Below, piece by piece: positions 40,011 through 50,277 of a DNA stretch of 64,000 nucleotides. This DNA is from Pasteurellaceae bacterium (GTDB taxonomy: Bacteria > Pseudomonadota > Gammaproteobacteria > Enterobacterales > Pasteurellaceae). The DNA is taken from NCBI GenBank assembly GCA_030528525.1, contig JAUMYT010000004.1:68407-132406 (forward strand), read 5' to 3'. Under the pieces are notes generated by a model. It was not told where the DNA came from. It saw only the letters and a list, made by a program, of their open reading frames with translations, and ran no database searches. The number at the start of each line of letters is the position of its first letter. The first letter of the stretch is position 1. The position numbers were made by a program, and so were the translations under genes.

Positions 40011-41606
40011 ATGCAAAAACTCACTAAGCTCTCTTTCATTGCACTCGCCGTCATTTCAGGTACGGCAATGGCAGCACCAAAAACCTTCGTCTATTGTAGT
40101 GAAGCATCGCCTTCGTTTCTTAGCCCACAGTTAGGCACAGATGGGGCAACGTTGGACGCGTCAGGTCAGCCGATGTTTAACCGTTTAACAGCATTTGAAG
40201 CTGGCACAACCAATATTATTCCATCATTGGCAGAAAAATGGGATGTGTCAGAAGACGGTAAAACTTACACTTTCCACTTGCGTAAAGGCGTGAAATTCCA
40301 CGCTAACAAAGTGTTTAAACCAACCCGTGACTTCAATGCCGATGACGTTTTATTCTCTTTCAATCGTCAGTTAGATCCAAATCACCCATATCACAAAGTG
40401 TCAGGCGGCACTTACGAATACTTCACCGGTATGGATATGCAAAACATTATCGACAAAGTGGAAAAAGTCGATGATTACACCGTGAAAATTAGCCTAAAAG
40501 TGGCGAACGCCCCGTTTTTAGCGAACTTGGCGATGGATTTTGCCTCTATTCTGTCTGCCGAATATGGCGACAAAATGCTCAAAGCGGGCAAACCTGAAAC
40601 CGTGGATAACCAACCAATCGGCACTGGCCCGTTTGAATTTGTCTCTTATCAAAAAGATTCCACAGTGCGTTTCAAAGCCTTTGAACAATACTGGGCAGGC
40701 AAAGCGAAAATCGATCGCTTAGTGTTTGCGATTACGCCTGACGCGTCGGTGCGTTATGCCAAATTGAAAAAAGGTGAATGCCACGCAATGCCATATCCAA
40801 ACCCAGCGGACGTGGAAAAACTCAAAACCGATTCCGAAATTGAGTTGCTCACTCGCCCTGGTTTGAACATTGGCTATCTCAACTTCAACGTGCAAAAAGC
40901 CCCGTTTGACAATGTGAAAGTCCGTCAAGCGTTAAGCTATGCGGTAAACAAAGATGCGATCATTGAAGCGGTTTACCAAGGGGCTGGGCAAAAAGCGAAA
41001 AACCCAATTCCACCAACAATGTGGTCGTACAATGAAGACGTGAAAGATTACGACTACGATCCAGAAAAAGCCAAAGCATTGTTGAAAGAAGCAGGCTTTG
41101 AGAACGGCTTTGAAACGGATTTATGGGCAATGCCTGTTTCTCGTCCGTACAACCCGAACGCTCGCCGTATGGCGGAATTAGTTCAAGCCGACTGGGAAAA
41201 AGTGGGCGTGAAAGCGAAAATTGTTAGCTACGAATGGGGTGAATACCTCAAACGGATGCGTGCAGGCGATCACCAAACGGGTATGATGGGCTGGACGGGC
41301 GACAACGGCGACCCAGACAACTTCTTGAACACTTTGTTAAGCTGTGCAGCGGTGAACTCAGGGTCTAACTATGCGAAATTCTGCCACAAAGAGTTTGATG
41401 GCATTGTGACCAAAGCCGCTCAAGAAACCGATGTGGCAAAACGTACCGAGCTGTACAAACAAGCTCAGTTGCTGTTTAAAGAACAAGCCCCGTGGATCAC
41501 CGTGGCTCACTCCACCACCTACTTCCCAGTACGCAAAGAAGTGAAAGGCTATGTGGTTAGCCCATTCGGCTTACACGATTTCTACCCTGTGGAGTTAGCG
41601 AAGTAA
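40011..41606 (+). CDS. dppA: dipeptide ABC transporter substrate-binding protein
   Basis: 531 aa; near collinear match to E. coli DppA. Confidence 0.9.
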   Translation: MQKLTKLSFIALAVISGTAMAAPKTFVYCSEASPSFLSPQLGTDGATLDASGQPMFNRLTAFEAGTTNIIPSLAEKWDVSEDGKTYTFHLRKGVKFHANKVFKPTRDFNADDVLFSFNRQLDPNHPYHKVSGGTYEYFTGMDMQNIIDKVEKVDDYTVKISLKVANAPFLANLAMDFASILSAEYGDKMLKAGKPETVDNQPIGTGPFEFVSYQKDSTVRFKAFEQYWAGKAKIDRLVFAITPDASVRYAKLKKGECHAMPYPNPADVEKLKTDSEIELLTRPGLNIGYLNFNVQKAPFDNVKVRQALSYAVNKDAIIEAVYQGAGQKAKNPIPPTMWSYNEDVKDYDYDPEKAKALLKEAGFENGFETDLWAMPVSRPYNPNARRMAELVQADWEKVGVKAKIVSYEWGEYLKRMRAGDHQTGMMGWTGDNGDPDNFLNTLLSCAAVNSGSNYAKFCHKEFDGIVTKAAQETDVAKRTELYKQAQLLFKEQAPWITVAHSTTYFPVRKEVKGYVVSPFGLHDFYPVELAK

Positions 41607-41611
41607 GCCTA

Positions 41612-41668
41612 CAAGGGGTAAGATTGTTCGGATTTTTTGCAAAATTTTGTTAAAATCTGACCCCCTTG
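41612..41668. repeat. Family A repeat (complete palindrome)
   Basis: caaggggtaagattgttcggattttttgcaaaattttgttaaaatctgacccccttg. Confidence 0.8.
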
Positions 41669-41677
41669 TGAGATCAA

Positions 41678-41790
41678 AATCTGCCCCCGCTTGCGGGGGA
41701 AGTGGTTGAGCGAAGCGAAACCGAAGGGGGCGATAATTACCCCCTACCCCTTGCTTCGCAAGGTACTTCCCCCGTAAACGGGGGCAGAAT
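41678..41790. repeat. Family B MITE-like element
   Basis: atctgcccccgcttgcgggggaagt...acttcccccgtaaacgggggcagaat inverted termini. Confidence 0.8.
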
Positions 41791-41807
41791 AAATTAAGAG
41801 ATTTTCA

Positions 41808-42812
41808 ATGTTTCAGTTTGTTATTAAACGTATTTTAATGGTGATCCCAACCTTTTTAGCGATCACTTTGATTACCTTTGCCTTGGTGCATTTAATCCCT
41901 GGCGATCCGATTGAGATCCGAATGGGGGAGCGTGGGCTGACCCCAGAAGTTCACGCCCAAATGATGCAACAGCTCGGTTTAGATCGCCCCTTGCCAGAAC
42001 AGTATTTCAGCTATATCAAAGGCGTGTTACAAGGCGATTTAGGCAACTCTTTCCGCAATAATGAACCCGTATTGAAAGAGTTTTTCACGCTATTTCCTGC
42101 TACGGTAGAACTGGCGATTTTTGCATTAGGCTGGTCGCTGATTGGCGGCGTGATTTTGGGCGTAATTGCGGCAGTGAGAAAGGATTCGTGGATTTCGCAT
42201 ATCGTAACTTCTATGTCACTCACTGGCTACTCAATGCCGATTTTCTGGTGGGGCTTGATTTTGATTTTATACTTGTCCACGCCACTTGGCTTGCCTGCAT
42301 CGGGGCGTTTGCCGTCCGAATATTGGATCGAAGCCGAAACTGGCTTTATGTTAATTGATACGTGGAACTCGGACGAGCCAGGCGCATTTGCGGCAGCGAT
42401 TAAATCGCTGATTTTGCCTGCGGTGGTTCTCGGCACCATTCCCCTTGCGATCATCACGCGTATGACCCGTTCATCAATGCTGGAAGTGCTTGGCGAAGAC
42501 TATATCCGTACTGCCAAAGCCAAAGGCTTGAACACCACTCGCATTGTGATCGTCCACGCCTTACGCAATGCGTTAATTCCTGTGGTAACCGTGGTCGGTT
42601 TGATTATCGGGCAGCTATTATCAGGTGCGGTGCTGACGGAAAATATCTTCTCCTGGCCAGGCATCGGCAAATGGGTGATTGATGCGATCAACTCCCGTGA
42701 TTACCCTGTGTTACAAGGCTCGGTATTGATTATTGCCACCTTGATTATTTTAGTGAATTTAACGGTCGATTTGATTTACGGTATCGTGAATCCACGGATT
42801 CGGCATAATTAG
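41808..42812 (+). CDS. dppB: dipeptide ABC transporter permease
   Basis: 334 aa BPD-transporter permease. Confidence 0.9.
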   Translation: MFQFVIKRILMVIPTFLAITLITFALVHLIPGDPIEIRMGERGLTPEVHAQMMQQLGLDRPLPEQYFSYIKGVLQGDLGNSFRNNEPVLKEFFTLFPATVELAIFALGWSLIGGVILGVIAAVRKDSWISHIVTSMSLTGYSMPIFWWGLILILYLSTPLGLPASGRLPSEYWIEAETGFMLIDTWNSDEPGAFAAAIKSLILPAVVLGTIPLAIITRMTRSSMLEVLGEDYIRTAKAKGLNTTRIVIVHALRNALIPVVTVVGLIIGQLLSGAVLTENIFSWPGIGKWVIDAINSRDYPVLQGSVLIIATLIILVNLTVDLIYGIVNPRIRHN

Positions 42813-42822
42813 AAAATAACCA

Positions 42823-42950
42823 TCCCCTCCCCCGTTTACGGGGGAGGGATAGGGTGGGAGGAACAATTTTGCAAAACGTGGCATAAATTCAGCCCCCGTT
42901 GCTTCGCAATCTCCCCTCCCCAGCCCTCCCCCGCAAGCGGAGGAGGGAGT
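42823..42950. repeat. Family B MITE-like element
   Basis: atcccctcccccgtttacgggggagggat...ccctcccccgcaagcggaggagggag. Confidence 0.75.
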
Positions 42951-42980
42951 ATTTAAAATTGAATTTTAGTTGGAGTATCA

Positions 42981-43871
42981 ATGTCTAGTATTGAACTAAC
43001 TTCCCCTGCACCCAAAACGCCCTTGCAGGAATTTTGGCACTATTTTTGCCAAAACCGTGGGGCAGTCATCGGGTTAGCCTTTATTGCGGTGGTGTTTATC
43101 TGTAGCGTGTTTGCAGATTTCATCGCCCCATTCGATCCCATCGAACAGAACCGTTCTGCCTTGTTACTGCCACCGATGTGGTTTGAAGGCGGCAACAGTG
43201 CCTATATTTTAGGCACAGACGACATCGGGCGGGATATTCTTTCTCGAATCATTCACGGAGCAAGACTGTCGGTGTTTATCGGCTTAGTGATCGTGTTGCT
43301 CTCTTGCGTGTGTGGCGTGATTTTGGGCTTGCTCGCAGGCTATTACGGCGGAATGATCGACATCATCATTATGCGATTTGTCGATATTATGTTGGCGATC
43401 CCAAGCCTACTTTTAACCATTGGCGTAGTGACGATTCTCGGGCCTGATCTGATTAACGCTGCCATTGCGATTGCCGTGGTGTCGATTCCCAGCTATGTGC
43501 GTTTAACGCGTGCCTCGGTAATGAGTGAAAAAAATCGGGATTATGTCACCGCTTCTCGTGTGGCAGGAGCAGGCGTATGGCGATTGATGTTTGTGGTGAT
43601 TTTGCCCAACTGCCTTGCACCGCTTATCGTGCAAATGACAATGGGGATTTCTAACGCCATTTTAGAGCTTGCCGCTCTCGGCTTCTTAGGCATTGGTGCA
43701 CAACCGCCAACGCCAGAGCTTGGCACAATGCTTGCCGAATCTCGTGGTTTTATGCAGTCGGCAAACTGGTTGGTCACAATCCCAGGTTTGGCAATTTTAT
43801 CGCTCGTGCTTGCCTTTAACTTAATGGGTGACGGCTTGCGTGATGCCCTTGATCCAAAATTAAAACAGTAG
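42981..43871 (+). CDS. dppC: dipeptide ABC transporter permease
   Basis: 296 aa. Confidence 0.9.
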   Translation: MSSIELTSPAPKTPLQEFWHYFCQNRGAVIGLAFIAVVFICSVFADFIAPFDPIEQNRSALLLPPMWFEGGNSAYILGTDDIGRDILSRIIHGARLSVFIGLVIVLLSCVCGVILGLLAGYYGGMIDIIIMRFVDIMLAIPSLLLTIGVVTILGPDLINAAIAIAVVSIPSYVRLTRASVMSEKNRDYVTASRVAGAGVWRLMFVVILPNCLAPLIVQMTMGISNAILELAALGFLGIGAQPPTPELGTMLAESRGFMQSANWLVTIPGLAILSLVLAFNLMGDGLRDALDPKLKQ

Positions 43872-43880
43872 GAGCGGAAA

Positions 43881-44858
43881 ATGGCATTATTAGAAGTAAA
43901 CGAACTTTCCGTGCATTTTGGCGATCAAAAAGCCCCGTTTAAAGCGGTGGATCGCATTAGTTATACGGTCAATGAGGGCGAAGTACTGGGCATTGTGGGC
44001 GAATCGGGGTCGGGCAAATCGGTCAGTTCCTTGGCAATTATGGGCTTGATTGACTACCCAGGTAAAGTGTACGCCAACGCCCTGCAATTTAATGGCAACG
44101 ATTTGTTAGCGTTAAGCTCGAAAGAGAAGCAGAAAATTGTTGGGGCTGATGTGTCGATGATTTTCCAAGATGCGATGACTAGCCTCAACCCAAGCTACAC
44201 CGTCGGTTTCCAAATTATGGAAGCCTTGAAAGTGCATCAAGGTGGCAGCAAAAGTTGGCGAAAAGAACGTGCAATCGAATTGCTGACAATGGTCGGCATT
44301 CCTGACCCAACGTCTCGCCTTGATGTTTATCCGCACCAACTGTCTGGCGGTATGAGCCAGCGTGTGATGATTGCAATGGCGATTGCCTGTAACCCAAAAC
44401 TGCTGATTGCAGATGAACCAACAACTGCATTAGACGTGACCATTCAAGCCCAAATCATCGACTTACTGCTTGAGCTGCAACGTAAAGAGAATATGGCGTT
44501 GATTTTGATTACCCACGATTTAGCGTTAGTGGCGGAGTCCGCTCACCGCATTATTGTGATGTACGCAGGGCAAGTGGTGGAAGAAGGCAGAGCGGAAGAG
44601 ATTTTCAAATCGCCGCTGCACCCTTACACGCAGGCATTATTGCGTGCCTTGCCTGAATTTGCCGAAGGCAAATCTCGCTTGCAGTCGCTCCCTGGTGTTG
44701 TACCTGGGAAATACGACCGCCCACAAGGCTGCCTGCTCAACCCACGCTGCCCGTATGCCACCGACTTGTGTCGTTCCCAAGAGCCTGCATTGCAAATGCT
44801 CAATGGACGACAAGTGAAGTGCCATACGCCATTGAATGCGGAAGGGTTGCCTAGCTGA
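43881..44858 (+). CDS. dppD: dipeptide ABC transporter ATP-binding protein
   Basis: Walker [17 protein letters not shown] signature. Confidence 0.9.
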   Translation: MALLEVNELSVHFGDQKAPFKAVDRISYTVNEGEVLGIVGESGSGKSVSSLAIMGLIDYPGKVYANALQFNGNDLLALSSKEKQKIVGADVSMIFQDAMTSLNPSYTVGFQIMEALKVHQGGSKSWRKERAIELLTMVGIPDPTSRLDVYPHQLSGGMSQRVMIAMAIACNPKLLIADEPTTALDVTIQAQIIDLLLELQRKENMALILITHDLALVAESAHRIIVMYAGQVVEEGRAEEIFKSPLHPYTQALLRALPEFAEGKSRLQSLPGVVPGKYDRPQGCLLNPRCPYATDLCRSQEPALQMLNGRQVKCHTPLNAEGLPS

Positions 44859-44878
44859 TTGATTATAGGTAGGGGCGG

Positions 44879-44941
44879 ACCTAGGTGTCCGCCCGTTATC
44901 ATTAAATCATTTTTCGGGCGAACACATAGGTTCGCCCCTAC
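44879..44941. repeat. Family C palindrome, copy 8 (between dppD and dppF)
   Basis: gtaggggcggacctaggtgtccgccc...gggcgaacacataggttcgcccctac. Confidence 0.8.
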
Positions 44942-44955
44942 AGAAGAATAACAAT

Positions 44956-45936
44956 ATGCAAAAAAATATCGAAACCCCACCGCTTCTTGATGCGGTGGAT
45001 CTGAAAAAATATTATCCCGTCAAAAAAGGGCTGTTTTCCAAGCCGAAATTGGTCAAAGCCGTGGACGGCGTATCATTCCGTTTAGAACGGGGCAAAACCC
45101 TTGCGGTTGTGGGCGAGTCGGGCTGTGGCAAATCGACGTTGGGACGAATGCTCACAATGATCGAATGCCCGACCGAAGGCGAATTGTTCTACAACGGGCA
45201 GAATTTTTTGGAAAACGATCGTGAAACGGTCAAACTTCGCCGTAAGAAAATTCAAATCGTGTTCCAGAACCCCTATGCCTCGCTCAATCCTCGCAAAAAA
45301 ATCGGCACGATTTTAGAAGAGCCGTTACTGATCAACACCGCACTTTCTGCCAAAGAACGCAAGCAAAAAGTCTTGGATATGATGGCGAAAGTCGGCTTAA
45401 AACCCGAATTTTACGACCGCTATCCACATATGTTTTCGGGCGGACAACGCCAACGGATCGCCATTGCTCGTGGCTTGATGTTAGAGCCTGACATCGTGGT
45501 GGCGGACGAACCTGTTTCGGCGCTTGATGTGTCGGTGCGAGCCCAAGTGCTAAACTTGATGATGGAATTGCAAGAAGAGATGGGCTTGTCCTATGTGTTC
45601 ATTTCCCACGATTTATCGGTGGTGGAGCATATCGCCGATGAAGTGATGGTAATGTACCTTGGGCGAGTGGTGGAGCAAGGCGACACCCAAACGATTTTCA
45701 GCAACCCACGCCACCCTTATACCCAAGCGTTGCTCTCCGCCACGCCACGCTTGAACCCTGAACATCGCCGTGAGCGGATTAAACTGACGGGCGAGCTACC
45801 AAGTCCACTCAATCCGCCAAAAGGTTGTGCGTTCCACGCCCGTTGTCGTCTAGCCACCGAGCGTTGTAGCCAAGAGCGCCCAGAGCTAAGAACTTACCCA
45901 GACGGGGCAAAAATCGCCTGTTTTATGGTGGAGTGA
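44956..45936 (+). CDS. dppF: dipeptide ABC transporter ATP-binding protein
   Basis: Walker A GESGCGKS; FSGGQRQR. Confidence 0.9.
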   Translation: MQKNIETPPLLDAVDLKKYYPVKKGLFSKPKLVKAVDGVSFRLERGKTLAVVGESGCGKSTLGRMLTMIECPTEGELFYNGQNFLENDRETVKLRRKKIQIVFQNPYASLNPRKKIGTILEEPLLINTALSAKERKQKVLDMMAKVGLKPEFYDRYPHMFSGGQRQRIAIARGLMLEPDIVVADEPVSALDVSVRAQVLNLMMELQEEMGLSYVFISHDLSVVEHIADEVMVMYLGRVVEQGDTQTIFSNPRHPYTQALLSATPRLNPEHRRERIKLTGELPSPLNPPKGCAFHARCRLATERCSQERPELRTYPDGAKIACFMVE

Positions 45937-46096
45937 AATATTAAAAAAGACTGAGCTACCATCTATACCTGATGAGATAGGATTGTATTCTCACTGAGTT
46001 ATAGATCACTGCTTCAGTCTTTTTATGTTTACCTATGATGGGAGGGAAGATTAGAAATATTTTGGTAAAATCTTCATATTTCTCCCCCCCTTGTAT

Positions 46097-47386
46097 CTAT
46101 TGTACTTTAGTCACTTTCGCCACGATGTAGCCGATCACACAACCGACCACCGCAAACGGTAACCATTCCATTGAAAGATCTTTCAGTGGTAGGTTAGCAA
46201 TAAATTCCACGCCTGCCACAGATAAAATCGACACAATAGTCACTAAACCAAGCGAAATTCGCTGTGCCAACAACGGCAATGGCAAGACGATGTTGATCAA
46301 CATTAAGAAGATGATGGTCATCGAAATTGGGTAAAGCACTAATAATACGGGTACAGACTTGCTGATCACCGCACTTAGGCCTTGGTTTGCCAAGGCAAAG
46401 CTGATTAAGATGAACAAGACGACATACATTTTGTAAGAAATTTTCGGGAAAATTTCGTGGAAGTATTCGCTCACGGCAACCGCTAAACCCACGGTGGTGG
46501 TTAAACAGGCAACCGATACGATGATACCTAAGACTAGACGACCTAGTTCACCAAAAGTTTCCGTCGCAGCAGTATTGAGAATATAGGTCCCAATATTCAT
46601 CCCTTTTGCATTTAAGTCTGCGAGAGTGTCTGCTGAAACAGGTAAATTGTTACCAATCCAACCTAATGCCACATAAATTAAACCCAACGCAACCGCAGCG
46701 ATAATGGCAGCTAAACTGGTTTGTTTGATTAATTCTGATTGGTTGCTGACTTTGGCTTTAATGGCATTTAGCACGATCACAGAGAATGCCAATGAAGCCA
46801 ACGCATCCATCGTGAAATAACCTTCTAACATACCGCCAACAAAGGCATTCTCTTTTGGTGTTGAGGCAGCAGGAACGGCATCGCTTGAGAATAACAGGTA
46901 AGCTTTTACCACTAAGGCAACAATAGAGATAAGTAAAATTGGCGTAAGCACCGAGCCAATACGGTCAACCATTTTGGAGGGATTTAAACTTAACCAAAGT
47001 GCTAAGCTGAAATAAATTACGGTGAAAATAAGCAGTGAAAGCCAGTTTGGATCTGTTAAAAACGGTAAAATCGCCATTTCATAGGCAGTTGCCCCTGTAC
47101 GAGGGCCTGCGAAGAATGGGCCAATTGCCAAATAAATTGCCATTAAAAAGGCAACAGAGAACCAAGGGTGAACACGGTTTAACACTGCTTTATAGCCACC
47201 TTGGTAAAACCCGCTGACAATAATACCGAGTAAAGGTAACCCGACTCCCGTTGCAACGAAACCTGCGATAGACGACCAAAATTCGCTACCGCTATCCAAA
47301 CCTAATTTTGGTGGGAAAATTAAGTTACCTGCCCCAAAAAAGATGGCAAATAACATAAAACCGACCACAAATACACTTTTATTCAT
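46097..47386 (-). CDS. brnQ: branched-chain amino acid transport system II carrier
   Basis: Start at internal MNKSVFVVGFMLFAIFFGAGNLIFPP...; LIVCS family. Confidence 0.85.
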   Translation of the reverse strand: MNKSVFVVGFMLFAIFFGAGNLIFPPKLGLDSGSEFWSSIAGFVATGVGLPLLGIIVSGFYQGGYKAVLNRVHPWFSVAFLMAIYLAIGPFFAGPRTGATAYEMAILPFLTDPNWLSLLIFTVIYFSLALWLSLNPSKMVDRIGSVLTPILLISIVALVVKAYLLFSSDAVPAASTPKENAFVGGMLEGYFTMDALASLAFSVIVLNAIKAKVSNQSELIKQTSLAAIIAAVALGLIYVALGWIGNNLPVSADTLADLNAKGMNIGTYILNTAATETFGELGRLVLGIIVSVACLTTTVGLAVAVSEYFHEIFPKISYKMYVVLFILISFALANQGLSAVISKSVPVLLVLYPISMTIIFLMLINIVLPLPLLAQRISLGLVTIVSILSVAGVEFIANLPLKDLSMEWLPFAVVGCVIGYIVAKVTKVQ

Positions 47387-47502
47387 TCTGTAAGACCTTA
47401 AAGTAAATAAAAAGAAAGGGGCAAATTTTACCCTAAAAAAAGCAATGAACCAATTCATTCTATGAATTGGTTCAATTTTATTTTGTAATCAATACAAAAT
47501 GG

Positions 47503-47537
47503 CTTTTGCACTTTTTGCCTAAGATCTGACCCCTTGC
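47503..47537. repeat. Family A repeat
   Basis: cttttgcactttttgcctaagatctgaccccttg. Confidence 0.6.
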
Positions 47538-47547
47538 AGGGCAGAAA

Positions 47548-48276
47548 TTAGTTCATATACAAGCCACCATTCACGTGAATGGTTTCGCCTGTGATGTAGC
47601 CTGCATCTTCAGAGGCTAAAAACGCCACGGCTTTGGCGATGTCTTTCGCTTGCCCAAGTTGCCCAGCAGGGATTTGACTTAAAATTGCATTTTTTTGCTC
47701 ATCAGTCAGTTCTTCGGTCATATCGGTAGCGATAAAGCCTGGGGCGACCACATTCACGGTAATGCCACGTGATGCCACTTCTTTGGCTAACGATTTAGAG
47801 AAACCAACTAAACCTGCTTTGGCGGCACAGTAGTTCGTTTGTCCTGGGTTGCCACTTGAGCCAACCACCGAACCAATGGTAATAATGCGACCGTAACGTT
47901 TTTTCATCATTGAACGCAACATTGCCTTTGACAAACGATAAACAGAGGTTAAATTGGTTTGAATGATGTCAAACCACTCATCGTCTTTCATTCGCATTAA
48001 CAGGTTATCACGCGTGATCCCGGCGTTATTAACTAAAATATCGATCTCGCCGAATTGCTCTTTGATGTGAGCCAACACTTGCTCGATAGAATCTGCATTG
48101 GCAACGTTTAACACCAAACCTTTGCCCTTCTCGCCTAAATAAGCAGAAATGCTTTCTGCCCCTTTTTCAGAGGTTGCGGTGCCGATCACAAATGCTCCTT
48201 TAGCCATTAATTCTTCGGCGATGGCACGCCCAATACCACGAGTTGCCCCCGTGACTAATGCGATTTTATTTTGCAT
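47548..48276 (-). CDS. fabG: 3-oxoacyl-[acyl-carrier-protein] reductase
   Basis: 242 aa; TGATRGIGRAIA; YCAAK. Confidence 0.9.
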   Translation of the reverse strand: MQNKIALVTGATRGIGRAIAEELMAKGAFVIGTATSEKGAESISAYLGEKGKGLVLNVANADSIEQVLAHIKEQFGEIDILVNNAGITRDNLLMRMKDDEWFDIIQTNLTSVYRLSKAMLRSMMKKRYGRIITIGSVVGSSGNPGQTNYCAAKAGLVGFSKSLAKEVASRGITVNVVAPGFIATDMTEELTDEQKNAILSQIPAGQLGQAKDIAKAVAFLASEDAGYITGETIHVNGGLYMN

Positions 48277-48295
48277 TGTTTTTCTCCATTTTGAT

Positions 48296-48475
48296 TGCCC
48301 TCGCCCGTTTACGGGAGAGGGACAGATTTGAGCTTCGTTCAGAAGCGAAAATCAGGGAGAGGGCAAAATCGTATTTTTCTAAAAAATCAGCGGTGGATCA
48401 CCCCTTTTCGCCCTCTCTCTGCGAAAAATTCTGAACGTATTTTTCGCTGTCTCTCTCCCGCAAGCGGGCGAGAGT
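48296..48475. repeat. Family B MITE-like element inserted between fabD and fabG
   Basis: tgccctcgcccgtttacgggagagggacag...ctgtctctctcccgcaagcgggcgagag. Confidence 0.75.
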
Positions 48476-48481
48476 CGCATA

Positions 48482-49417
48482 CTAAAACGTTAAACCATCA
48501 AATGATGCCACATCATTCACCGCTTTTGCAGTAATCTCTTTGGAAATCCGACCAGCCAAACCCGTTAAGACTTTATTCGGCCCGATTTCGTATAAGGTGG
48601 TCACCCCTTCGGCTGCCATTTTTTCGACAATTTCCGTCCAACGCACAGGGCTGTAAAGCTGACGAACCAACGCATTACGAATGGCTACCGCTTTGGTTTC
48701 TACTTGTACATCCACGTTGTTGATCACAGGCACTTGCGGTGCGTTAAGTGTAAGATGCACCAAGGCTTCCGCCAGTTTATCCGCCGCAGGTTTCATCAAT
48801 TCACAGTGTGAAGGCACACTCACTGCCAATGGTAAAGCACGTTTTGCCCCTGCTTCTTTACACAATGCACCTGCACGCTCTGCCGCCGTTTTTGTGCCTG
48901 CAATCACGACTTGCCCTGGCGAGTTGAAGTTTACCGCTGACACAATTTCGCCTGTTTCTTGTTGAGCTTGCTCACACGCGTTGATGATGGCTTCGTTATC
49001 CAAACCGATAATCGCAAACATCGCCCCTGTGCCTGCTGGCACGGCATCTTGCATTGCTTGACCACGTAATTCCACCAATTTCACCGCTTCTTGGAAATCC
49101 AACACGCCTGCACACACCAACGCAGAATATTCGCCCAAGCTATGCCCTGCCATTACCGCAGGTTTTTGCTCTGGGAATTTTTGTTGCCAAATGCGGTATA
49201 ACGCCACCGATGCGGTTAATAACGCAGGTTGCGTGCGGTGGGTTTGCCCTAAATCGTCTGCAGTTCCGTTTTGAACCAGATCCCATAAATCGTAGCCAAG
49301 CACATCGCTGGCTTGTTTGAAGGTTTCTTCCACGATTGGGTATAGCGGAGCAAGATCCGCCAACATTCCCACCGCTTGTGAACCTTGACCTGGGAATACC
49401 ATTGCAAATTTAGACAT
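48482..49417 (-). CDS. fabD: malonyl CoA-acyl carrier protein transacylase
   Basis: 311 aa; GHSLGEYSA active site. Confidence 0.9.
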   Translation of the reverse strand: MSKFAMVFPGQGSQAVGMLADLAPLYPIVEETFKQASDVLGYDLWDLVQNGTADDLGQTHRTQPALLTASVALYRIWQQKFPEQKPAVMAGHSLGEYSALVCAGVLDFQEAVKLVELRGQAMQDAVPAGTGAMFAIIGLDNEAIINACEQAQQETGEIVSAVNFNSPGQVVIAGTKTAAERAGALCKEAGAKRALPLAVSVPSHCELMKPAADKLAEALVHLTLNAPQVPVINNVDVQVETKAVAIRNALVRQLYSPVRWTEIVEKMAAEGVTTLYEIGPNKVLTGLAGRISKEITAKAVNDVASFDGLTF

Positions 49418-49456
49418 AGTTTGATCCTTAATTTTAAAGTTTCATAAATCTTGTAG

Positions 49457-49604
49457 ATTCTGCCCCCGCTTGCGGGGGAAGTACCGCCGAAGGCGGGGTA
49501 GGGGGCGAAACGATGGTTCTGCAAAAAATTGGTAAGAAATTACCGCTTGTTTGCCCCCTTCGGCTCGTTTCACTCGCCACTTCCCCCGCAAGCGGGGGCA
49601 GAAT
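49457..49604. repeat. Family B MITE-like element, intact reference copy
   Basis: ATTCTGCCCCCGCTTGCGGGGGAAGT...ACTTCCCCCGCAAGCGGGGGCAGAAT terminal inverted repeats; internal hairpins; contains ACCGCTTGT (USS reverse complement). Confidence 0.8.
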
Positions 49605-49606
49605 TT

Positions 49607-50230
49607 TTAATCTCTCGTATAATCTTCCCGCACAATCCGCACATATTGCCCGATACTGTGCCAGCCGAGTGTGAGATAAAGCTGTTTGCCCATTTCGCTA
49701 GCACAGAGCAAGCCTTGGTGAATACCCCGTTCAGCCGCTTTTTTGTTGAGTAACGCCATCACTAGCGTGCCGAAACCCTGACGGCGGAAATTCGGCTCGG
49801 TGCCGATTCTGTCTGGCACAATAAAGCCGTGGTAAAAACCCGCTTGCCCTTCGCACACCAGCTCGTCGTTTGGGCTGAAGAGGCTTAACACCTCCCGATT
49901 GTCGCTTTCTTCCCATTTAAGGGTAAATTTTTCGGGTAACGTGACCTCTTGTTGGGACAGTTGCTCACATACCATCATATCGGCAGTCATTGTCTGCTTC
50001 CAGCCTTGCGGAACCGCCTTCAAACCGCTAACGCACAAATAATCTTTATTCGACACTCTCGGCAAAATTTCGCCTAAATTTTCTGGGCTGAACATCAACC
50101 ACTCAAATTGTCGCCTGCCGTCATTAAGGGCAAAGCAGTATCCGTTTTCAACAGCGGTAGGTTGCGGAATTTGGCGAGAAATCACCCAACCGCCGATCCA
50201 ATTTTCCCAAAATGTTTTGCTGTTCATCAT
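49607..50230 (-). CDS. GNAT family N-acetyltransferase
   Basis: 207 aa; C-terminal RRQGFGTLVMALL...GW acetyl-CoA binding motif. Confidence 0.65.
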   Translation of the reverse strand: MMNSKTFWENWIGGWVISRQIPQPTAVENGYCFALNDGRRQFEWLMFSPENLGEILPRVSNKDYLCVSGLKAVPQGWKQTMTADMMVCEQLSQQEVTLPEKFTLKWEESDNREVLSLFSPNDELVCEGQAGFYHGFIVPDRIGTEPNFRRQGFGTLVMALLNKKAAERGIHQGLLCASEMGKQLYLTLGWHSIGQYVRIVREDYTRD

Positions 50231-50244
50231 GTCTCTTTTCCATA

Positions 50245-50277
50245 TTTTGCAAAAACTCGGCGGTTCTCACCCCCTTG
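50245..50277. repeat. Family A repeat (reverse orientation)
   Basis: ttttgcaaaaactcggcggttctcacccccttg. Confidence 0.7.
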
